A stretch of 62,041 nucleotides of DNA from a virus. Made by a program: the position numbers and the translations under genes. The stretch covers positions 1 to 62,041 of the IMG/VR virus record IMGVR_UViG_3300014208_000007. One strand, written 5' to 3'. This document shows positions 32,551 to 39,987 of this stretch, in pieces (positions within the stretch are counted from its first letter, which is position 1; each line of letters begins with the position of its first letter). Under the pieces are notes generated by a model, which was not told the DNA's origin, did not search any database, and saw only the letters and a program-made list of their open reading frames with translations.

Positions 32551-33485
32551 CACTGCACCGCCACGGTCTGACACGCATCCACGCGCGTGCAGGGGAATCC
32601 GATTTCCTCGAACCGACCGGACTCAAGGCTATCCACCAGTACCCTTCGTGCTTTTGAGTTGGCAATTTCAAGGACCGACCGACGGTTCACGTTGCCCAGG
32701 ACCAGTTCGTTCCCCATGTCGTAGCAGCAGGCGTACCAGTCGCCGGTCGGATTGATGTAGGCGCAGTGACGAACCCGCTGGATGTTCGGGCACTTGAAGT
32801 CTCCCGACCTTGCCTCCTTACCGTACCGCTCTGCCCACAGGAGGGCGTTGTCCACTCCGATGAAATCCCCCGCCCTGAGACGATTTCCCCACGCCGCCAC
32901 GACGAGGTGGGCGTCAAACGGAGGAACCAATCCGTTACCCTTCCCGGGTGCGGACCCGTAGGACGCCACAACCGAATCGTGGTAGTTCTTGTACGGCATG
33001 GCGTGGATGCAGATCCGTACAGGAGACTTCATGACGTCCCGGATGGACAGGAACCTTCCGAGGTTCGCCGAAACGACGTCCAACGGTAGTTTCTTGACGG
33101 CACGATACGATTCTTCCGTTGCCCCGTCGATATTCACGTGGATGGCGTCGACCAGGTTCTCCCGCAAGACCGTCTCGGCGATCGATTCCCCCATGAGCGC
33201 GAAGTTGGAAAACAGGGATATCCCCAACCCGGCCCGGCGAGTCGCCCGGAGAATGTCCAGGATGTCGGGATTCAGGAAAGGCTCTCCGTTTTCCGACAGG
33301 ACGGAGTGGCATACCGGGTGCTGACGCTGAAACTCCGGCGTGGTGACCTCGGAGAGAACCTTCTCCACCAGAGACACCGGCATGTACCGATCCTCGACCG
33401 GCACCTTGACGAACGACCTCGGACAGAACACGCAATCCGCGTTGCAGATATTCGCCACGGCGAAGTTGATCTCCCTTATTTCCAT
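32550..33485 (-). CDS. Radical SAM enzyme with C-terminal SPASM/twitch-like Cys cluster, 311 aa
   Basis: CNADCVFC (CxxxCxxC) at residues 14-21. C-terminal CPNIQRVRHCAYINPTGDWYACCYD...GNV. The start (ATG at 33483-33485) overlaps the 3' end of the upstream gene by 10 nt (its stop is at 33476-33478). Confidence 0.75.
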   Translation of the reverse strand: MEIREINFAVANICNADCVFCPRSFVKVPVEDRYMPVSLVEKVLSEVTTPEFQRQHPVCHSVLSENGEPFLNPDILDILRATRRAGLGISLFSNFALMGESIAETVLRENLVDAIHVNIDGATEESYRAVKKLPLDVVSANLGRFLSIRDVMKSPVRICIHAMPYKNYHDSVVASYGSAPGKGNGLVPPFDAHLVVAAWGNRLRAGDFIGVDNALLWAERYGKEARSGDFKCPNIQRVRHCAYINPTGDWYACCYDMGNELVLGNVNRRSVLEIANSKARRVLVDSLESGRFEEIGFPCTRVDACQTVAVQ

Positions 33486-34480
33486 GGGACCACCTTCGTC
33501 ATCGCGTAGGCGAGTTCGTCGTCTATCGGCCGGACGATCCCCATGTCGATGGTCTGCCGCCGGATCTCTTCCGGGACAACCGCCTCCCACATGTCGTACT
33601 CTCGCCTCAACCACCACCAGAGTTTCGGAATGTCGAAGTCGTAGATGTTGTGCTTGTCGAAGTTGTGGGAGACCGTCCCGCCCCAATAGTGGATGAAGTA
33701 CGGATCCTCGAACGGGCCGACGAACGTGTGCTTGTGGGGAATCCCGGTCTCCTGCGCCTGCTCGTTCATGACCATGCCACCAGGCAGTCGTACGCATTCC
33801 CACTGCATCTCGCACCGGTTGAAGATCCAGTTGCCCGGCTCCGGCGTCCACTGCTCGACCTCCGGGAAGGGGTAGACGTTGCCGAAACCCCGGCACTCGG
33901 AGAACGGACCCCAATTTCCTTGAGGAATCAGCATACCGGCCGTGTGCGGGTACTCCGTGGCGAGGTTGATCCGCTTCGACATGTCCCGCCCGTAGCAGAC
34001 GGAGAGGTCCTTGTTGCGCAGGCACTCTTCTTTCAGGCTTTTCAGCACCGATGTACGGTAGAGCGCACCCGCGGGGCTGATGTAGTGGCGCCCGTCCTCG
34101 AATCCGGCGTCCCAATACCATCCCGCCATGGCTACGAAATCGTCTTTCACGTGCGACAGCATCCAGTCGAGCCACCCGTCCCGCATCGCCCGAACGTCGG
34201 TCTCCCAGGACAGGAACCACGGGGTATCGACGAGGTCGATCGCGTGATCCAGCGCGAGCTGATGGCCGGTGTTGACCAGATCCTTCGACGGAACCACCCG
34301 TACCTTCTCTCCGTAGGGCGTCTCGGTGATCCCACGGATCGACGGGTTGCCGATGGGGCTGTTGTCGACGATCAGGATGTCCATATCGGCGTCGTTCCTG
34401 TGTTGCAGGAGCGACTGGACGGTGATCTGCGTCCATCGGACGGTATAGGCGTGTGGGATGACGCACGTGACGGCCTTCAT
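33476..34480 (-). CDS. GT-A-type glycosyltransferase-like protein, 334 aa
   Basis: N-terminal VIPHAY...DILIVDNS pattern. ATGA overlap with the upstream methyltransferase. Confidence 0.55.
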   Translation of the reverse strand: MKAVTCVIPHAYTVRWTQITVQSLLQHRNDADMDILIVDNSPIGNPSIRGITETPYGEKVRVVPSKDLVNTGHQLALDHAIDLVDTPWFLSWETDVRAMRDGWLDWMLSHVKDDFVAMAGWYWDAGFEDGRHYISPAGALYRTSVLKSLKEECLRNKDLSVCYGRDMSKRINLATEYPHTAGMLIPQGNWGPFSECRGFGNVYPFPEVEQWTPEPGNWIFNRCEMQWECVRLPGGMVMNEQAQETGIPHKHTFVGPFEDPYFIHYWGGTVSHNFDKHNIYDFDIPKLWWWLRREYDMWEAVVPEEIRRQTIDMGIVRPIDDELAYAMTKVVPWK

Positions 34481-35040
34481 AGCGCCCCCTCCACCAGAAA
34501 CACCCCCGTTTGGATGTAGGGAACGACCCACAGCGGATCGAATACGATCTGCAGTTCCGCCATCGTCCAGTCGTGCCGGTGCTGATTCAGGGGATTCTCG
34601 ACCCATTCTTCGGCGCATTGCCGGTATCCGGTCGACCACTCCCGCCCCTCGACCTTGACCGGAAGCGCCCCCCACAGGAACCGACACCCGCCCGTCAGTC
34701 CACGCACCACCTCCACCGCCTCGATCATCTCCAGATGCTCGAGCACGTCGCCACAGATGATGACGTCGTAGGGTTCGAGCCGATGGTACGCGCCACGGAT
34801 ATCCTCCAGGAAGATCCGGTCGTACTTCTTCAGGAGGTTGTACCGGACGACGTATTCGGCGAACCCCTCTACCGCATCGACCTGCACTTCCCGGCCGAAC
34901 ACCTCCCGGATGATGTCCCCGTACAGGCCGGCGCCGCATCCGACGTCCAGAAACCGCTTGAATCCGAGCGGCTTGGCGACGTGGATCAGCCAGTCCTTGA
35001 AGAATCCCTTCCCCTCTTGCGCCGAGAACGCCATTACCAT
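34477..35040 (-). CDS. Class I SAM-dependent methyltransferase, 187 aa
   Basis: Motif I FLDVGCGAGLYG and post-I/II DVIICGDVLEHL. Start overlaps the 3' end of the upstream GT2 gene by 7 nt (ATGGTAATG; GT2 stop TAA at 35034-35036). Confidence 0.75.
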   Translation of the reverse strand: MVMAFSAQEGKGFFKDWLIHVAKPLGFKRFLDVGCGAGLYGDIIREVFGREVQVDAVEGFAEYVVRYNLLKKYDRIFLEDIRGAYHRLEPYDVIICGDVLEHLEMIEAVEVVRGLTGGCRFLWGALPVKVEGREWSTGYRQCAEEWVENPLNQHRHDWTMAELQIVFDPLWVVPYIQTGVFLVEGAL

Positions 35041-35816
35041 GTACCCCACTGGTCCCACTCGCGCAGGACGTAGTCGGGCCATTCGAAGGCGATCTCTTCC
35101 GCGTTTCCCATGTTCGCGCCCGAGTTGTACCAGGCCGGGAACATCGTCGGGGGATGGTAGGGCGGGCCCGGAGGCGCCTTCTCGCCACCTTCCTGCCAGA
35201 ACGCGACCGCTTTCGGGCCGAACGTCCGATGCAGGTGGATGTTGCAGACGCCCGGCAGCCACAACTGCGGCACCGGATCGGGCGACAGTACCGGATGGAA
35301 CCGCACGAAAGCGGGATTGGAGACGTACTTCACGCCCATCCCCGCCCGCCACAGCTGCGTATGCGGATCGACGAACGGGACCCCGGCGGGACTGACCTCG
35401 ATCGCCGATGGATGGACGGACCGATGCGTCCGGGAGATGAACCGATCGCCGGCCACGCGGACTGCGTTGACGTCCGACAGATCCCGGGTTTCGAGCGACC
35501 GGAAGAAATGCTCGGTGTAAATCTCGTCGGCGTCGAGTTTCAGGATCCAGTCCGGCTTGAATATCCTCTCGCACTCTTCCACCGCGATGGTCCGATATCG
35601 GGGCTCGTTGTACTCCTTGTCGAACCGAGGAAGGCCGGTGTTGATGAAGTCCGCGACGATCTTGTCGCACGCCATCGCCCGAATCGCCTGCACCGTACCG
35701 TCGGTCGATCCCTGATCCTGGATGTAGACCCCGACGACGTGCGGCAGGACGCTTCGCAACGCCATCTGCACGTAGAACGCATCGTTCTTGACCACCATGA
35801 ACGCCGCAATCCTCAT
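35034..35816 (-). CDS. Family 2 glycosyltransferase, 260 aa
   Basis: MVVKNDAFYV...IQDQGSTDGT and a DxD-like KLDADE. ATGA overlap with the upstream GT9 gene. Confidence 0.7.
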   Translation of the reverse strand: MRIAAFMVVKNDAFYVQMALRSVLPHVVGVYIQDQGSTDGTVQAIRAMACDKIVADFINTGLPRFDKEYNEPRYRTIAVEECERIFKPDWILKLDADEIYTEHFFRSLETRDLSDVNAVRVAGDRFISRTHRSVHPSAIEVSPAGVPFVDPHTQLWRAGMGVKYVSNPAFVRFHPVLSPDPVPQLWLPGVCNIHLHRTFGPKAVAFWQEGGEKAPPGPPYHPPTMFPAWYNSGANMGNAEEIAFEWPDYVLREWDQWGTW

Positions 35817-36904
35817 TTGAATCCTCCTGTTTCCTTCACCGCATTCGTTATGCGGTCTGGGGTTATGAGTTCCATGCACTTCACCGATTTGCCGGGATCA
35901 CTGGAGCACGGATGCAGGTCCCAACACGGGACACACTTGATCTCGCCCACCGGGTAGATGGGGCGGACGGTCGGATAGTAGGAGCACCGAGTCCGCGGGT
36001 TGATGTTGCCGAACAGCGCCACAGTCGGCTTACCCAAGGCCGCGGCGATGTGCAGCGATCCGGTATCCGGGGTGACCACGACGTCGGACAAGGACAGAAG
36101 GGCGATCATCTCGTCCAACTCCGTCCGGTCGATCAGGTTGACCGTGCCATACACCGACAAGTCTTTCAGGTCCCGATTCCACGATTGCGAAGAGCCGAAC
36201 AGGACGACACCGAGTCCGAGGTTCGCCAGTTTCCGGCACAGCGGGCGGACGTATTTCGGGGGAATGGAGCGTGCCGAGGCGACCATGCAGGCGTTCACAG
36301 CCACCACCCTGAGGCCCTTCAGGTCGGAAAGAAGGGCGTCAACCTTCTTCAGGGCTACGGTGGATACCGGAACCTCGAACATCTTGCGCGCCGGGTAGAC
36401 TCCGAGCAGTTCGTCGAAGGAATCCGACCGGTCCTTCGTCGTGTAGTCGGTCCATGTTCCCTTGCAGGTCTGCCCGAGTTCCTTCGGCTCGACCGCGAAT
36501 CTCAGGTCGATTACCTTGTCGAATTTGAACCGGCCGATGTCCTGAATCTTGATTACCCGGCAGGCAATTCCGAGAGACAACATAAAGGCCGTGTATTGTG
36601 GCAGGGTAGCGACCGTTACCTTCTCCCCGCGACGGACCATCTCCCGCAGTCCGGACGACAGCATCGCCAGGTCGCCAAGTCCGCCCATCCGGATGACGAG
36701 CGTTCCCGGGATCTTCTTCTGCCGCACGAACTCGCGCACTTCGTAGACGTTGATATTCAACGAGGATCCTGCGGACACTTCCTCGCTGATCGGCAGGCAC
36801 ATGATCTTCTTCTCTCCGTGTGTCGCACCGAAGAAGCCCTGCGCGACATTCCGGGAAATGCTCAAGGCCTTGCCGTTGGCCTGGTTGACGATCTCGTAAC
36901 TCAT
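35813..36904 (-). CDS. Family 9 glycosyltransferase (heptosyltransferase-like), 363 aa
   Basis: LVIRMGGLGDLAMLSSGL and DTGSLHIAAALGKPTVALFG are GT9 hallmarks. ATGA overlap with the portal stop. Confidence 0.7.
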   Translation of the reverse strand: MSYEIVNQANGKALSISRNVAQGFFGATHGEKKIMCLPISEEVSAGSSLNINVYEVREFVRQKKIPGTLVIRMGGLGDLAMLSSGLREMVRRGEKVTVATLPQYTAFMLSLGIACRVIKIQDIGRFKFDKVIDLRFAVEPKELGQTCKGTWTDYTTKDRSDSFDELLGVYPARKMFEVPVSTVALKKVDALLSDLKGLRVVAVNACMVASARSIPPKYVRPLCRKLANLGLGVVLFGSSQSWNRDLKDLSVYGTVNLIDRTELDEMIALLSLSDVVVTPDTGSLHIAAALGKPTVALFGNINPRTRCSYYPTVRPIYPVGEIKCVPCWDLHPCSSDPGKSVKCMELITPDRITNAVKETGGFK

Positions 36905-39129
36905 TGGCCGTCCACCGAAGGCTCCGACAACTGCCGGGGAGGCGCGAAACCGTTCCCGCCGCCGATGGTTTGCGAATCCGCTATAAGAGCGTCTGCTGCC
37001 GAGACGATACCGGGGGCGCTCGCCACCGCACCGGCCGCCTCCATCGCCTTCAGGTACCCGTCGAGCTTCTTCATCTGCGCGTCGACCGTGTTTTTCAGGG
37101 CTTGCGCACTTTGATTCGATGCGTTCGCATTCGCAACGGCGACCTGCGCTTGCAGGAGGGCGGTTTGCAACGCCTTGAGCATCTGCGCTTCCTGCCCGGC
37201 TTGCGCGTCTTGAGCCTTCGCCGCCTCCTTCTCCTCCGGCGTTATGTCTTCATCCGGAGACCGCTGCCCGCTGATCTTCCGGATCCGGGCCATGATCTCG
37301 TCCTTGTTCGGCAGGTCGTCCATCATGTCGACGGCGAGGTCCAGGATCGCCAGACCGACGTTCGCCTGCCCGGACTGCGCCAACCCGAGGATCAGGTCGG
37401 TGAGCATCTGCAACATCGTGAGGCGTAACGTCTCCCGGAAGTCCTGCTTGGTGACGATGAAGTCCGCCTTGACGTCCTGCATGGAATTCTTCACCGATCC
37501 GTCGGGTTGCGGCTCGTTGACCGTCAGGAAGTCGTCCTTCTGCCGATCGCCGGTGATCCGGAATTCCATCATCCCGTCGATGAACTGCTCGATGAGCGAC
37601 ACCTTGATCTCGCCGCCGCTTTGGAAAGCGTAGTAATAGTTGTCGAAAAAGACTCCCGAGGTGGTGTGCCCCTGCAACTGAATCGCCTCGATCGCCTTAC
37701 CCGACAGGTCCTTGCGTACCGTGCCCTTGTTCTCTGGGGTGACGCCAGAGATTCCCTCGATGAATCGCTCGTCGTCCCGCGCCAGTTCGACGTGCTCCCG
37801 GGCAAGCACGATGTCCTTCTGCGACTGGACCTTGTTGCTGGTCAGGGCGCCGTTCGCCACCTCCGCCATACCGTCCGGCCGGTTGTTCTCGTCGTAGAAC
37901 TTGACCGGATCGTCGATCGCGCCCCTCTCGTACCAGACCTTGTTGGCCGTCAGGAGCACCAGCGCGCGCGACCGGCGCTTGTTCAGGTCGGACTGCGGGT
38001 CCCGGATGTCCCTGATGACGCCGTAGGGCATTCCGTTCCGCTGCATCCGGTAACAGAACATCGGGACGAACGGGAACTGATCGTGGTTGTAGGGCGACAG
38101 GACGTCCTGGAGGTAAGTCGACCCGGCCCACACCGCACACCGCACCGTCATGCGCTTCTGCGGTACCAGGTCGAAGTACCCGCCCCGGACGAGGTACTGG
38201 TGATCGGAGTGCGTCGGCCGGAAGATCGTTCCATGCAGGGCGCCGTAGGGCGTATCGGTGTCCCGCATTCTCATCACTTCGACGTTGGCCGGCATCCGGT
38301 ACCACATCTCGACCGGCTTGATCCGCTTGCGGTTCGTGTCGAACGGACCGCCGAACATCGAATCGATATCGCTCTCCATGTCGAATTCGGAGGCCAGATC
38401 CGTCGTCACCATCTCGTCCGGCATGTACGGGTAGAGGGAGTTGACGCCTTCGGCCAACACCCGCAACGCCTCCGCGCGCTCCGGGAACATCTCGCTGATG
38501 ATGTCCAGGTCCGCCCACTTCGACCGGATGACGTATCGCCAATCGCTGCCGTCGTTCGAACTGCCGAGGTGGTCGAACCACATGTTCCGCCACTTCTCGG
38601 ACCGCTCGAAGATCGGACACCCGTCGACGCCGGACTGCGCGCCGAACTCCATCCACCCGAGCCCCGCCTTGACTGCCGACTCGAACGCCCAGGACCGGTG
38701 ATACTCGCCCTTCGACGAGTCCTGCACGTATTTCATCACCTGCGTCTTGCTCTTCGCTCCCTGCGCGCCCTTCTTCTTCCGCGGCAGCACCCGGTAGTCG
38801 ATCCGGTTCTTCCGCTCGACGCCCAGGATCCAGTTCACCGTGTTCTTCACGACGTTGAACGCGAGGACGGGCTGATTCCGGTCCATCAGCGTCCGGACGT
38901 CCTCCGCCTCCATCTGGATCCCGTCGTAATAATCCTCGTCGATCGCCATCTCCGTCCGGTTGTCGGCCTGCGCAACCCGCGCCTGCCGGTACCACTGCTG
39001 CAACCGGTGGAGCCGATCCTGCCATTCCTGCGCCTCGAGGGGATGGGACAGGCCGGAGGACGCGACAACGGCGTTCGCAGCGGCCATATCCGCCTTCGGG
39101 CGCTTCTCTCTGCGGGTCGGTAGGGCCAT
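36901..39129 (-). CDS. Portal protein candidate, 742 aa
   Basis: Size and position downstream of TerL. Coupled start. Call is by synteny only. Confidence 0.55.
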   Translation of the reverse strand: MALPTRREKRPKADMAAANAVVASSGLSHPLEAQEWQDRLHRLQQWYRQARVAQADNRTEMAIDEDYYDGIQMEAEDVRTLMDRNQPVLAFNVVKNTVNWILGVERKNRIDYRVLPRKKKGAQGAKSKTQVMKYVQDSSKGEYHRSWAFESAVKAGLGWMEFGAQSGVDGCPIFERSEKWRNMWFDHLGSSNDGSDWRYVIRSKWADLDIISEMFPERAEALRVLAEGVNSLYPYMPDEMVTTDLASEFDMESDIDSMFGGPFDTNRKRIKPVEMWYRMPANVEVMRMRDTDTPYGALHGTIFRPTHSDHQYLVRGGYFDLVPQKRMTVRCAVWAGSTYLQDVLSPYNHDQFPFVPMFCYRMQRNGMPYGVIRDIRDPQSDLNKRRSRALVLLTANKVWYERGAIDDPVKFYDENNRPDGMAEVANGALTSNKVQSQKDIVLAREHVELARDDERFIEGISGVTPENKGTVRKDLSGKAIEAIQLQGHTTSGVFFDNYYYAFQSGGEIKVSLIEQFIDGMMEFRITGDRQKDDFLTVNEPQPDGSVKNSMQDVKADFIVTKQDFRETLRLTMLQMLTDLILGLAQSGQANVGLAILDLAVDMMDDLPNKDEIMARIRKISGQRSPDEDITPEEKEAAKAQDAQAGQEAQMLKALQTALLQAQVAVANANASNQSAQALKNTVDAQMKKLDGYLKAMEAAGAVASAPGIVSAADALIADSQTIGGGNGFAPPRQLSEPSVDGQ

Positions 39130-39737
39130 CAGTGCCTCGTAACCTCATCGGTGACGAACAGATCGGACTCCGTCATCGGCACTTCGCCGTCGAAGATCGT
39201 CCGATTGCCGTCTTTGAGGACCATCTCCGCCATGTGGGAGCCCGGGATCGTGTCGTCCTGCGAGTGCTCGGGGTAGTTCTTCAGGTCGTCCAGCTCGTTC
39301 TGGATCCACATCAGGAGTTGCGCCGCCGCCTGGGGGGAAGGCGTGATCTCGAATATCTGCATCATCTTGGCGAGGTTCAAGGCCGTGCAGAGCAGCATGC
39401 CCATGCCGCGGGAGAGGGTTTCCGCGACCACACAGCACGCGATATCCGACGTCGCCCGCATGGTCTCGGCCTGCGATACGGCCAGTCGGCGCCGGATCAG
39501 GGCACGCCGCTTGACGATATCGAAGTCCTCGGCGTCGGCGTGGATCGTGGCCGCCTCTTGATTGTTCGACGGGTCCAGATATTTCCACCCCGCACCGATC
39601 GGGATCATGAACGACCGGCCCGGGCGCTCCGGGCGGGTGATGACCATCGTCGGTTCGTACCTCTCCTGCCCGTCGATCATCTGCTTAACGTGGTGGATCT
39701 CCTTGCGAAGACCGCCGAGGTGATTCAGGTGTGCCAT
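39129..39737 (-). CDS. Hypothetical protein between terminase and portal, 202 aa
   Basis: Internal ATG (MAHLNHLGG) overlaps the upstream stop (TAATG). Confidence 0.6.
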   Translation of the reverse strand: MAHLNHLGGLRKEIHHVKQMIDGQERYEPTMVITRPERPGRSFMIPIGAGWKYLDPSNNQEAATIHADAEDFDIVKRRALIRRRLAVSQAETMRATSDIACCVVAETLSRGMGMLLCTALNLAKMMQIFEITPSPQAAAQLLMWIQNELDDLKNYPEHSQDDTIPGSHMAEMVLKDGNRTIFDGEVPMTESDLFVTDEVTRH

Positions 39738-39955
39738 TACTGGTTCACCTTCTTTTCGAGCCAATCAAGGAACGCCTTCGTTCCGCCGCACATGTTGCAT
39801 CGGTCGGTGTAATGCCACGGGAGTTCATCGTCCGCGGAGGCGATCTTCTGAAGCATCGGCATGTGCTCCCTCATTGCCGCCTTGAACTTCTCACCCTCTT
39901 CGCGTACCAGGTATTCCGCGATGATCACCATCGCTGACCGATCGTCTTTCTCCAT
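39737..39955 (-). CDS. Small hypothetical protein, 72 aa
   Basis: The ATG at 39955 is preceded by AGGAGG at 8 nt. C-terminal CNMCGG motif. Confidence 0.55.
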   Translation of the reverse strand: MEKDDRSAMVIIAEYLVREEGEKFKAAMREHMPMLQKIASADDELPWHYTDRCNMCGGTKAFLDWLEKKVNQ

Positions 39956-39987
39956 ACCGAGACCTCCTGTCTCCTCGTTCGCTGCGC

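Noticed and set aside
31142-35879. Long N-terminal extensions of ORFs in the glycan cassette (509, 638, 570, 397 and 281 aa versions)
   Set aside because: The extensions are Arg/Gly/Pro-rich and overlap the preceding genes. Internal ATGs sit exactly at stop-start overlaps with the preceding gene (1 to 10 nt) and give full-length domain proteins.
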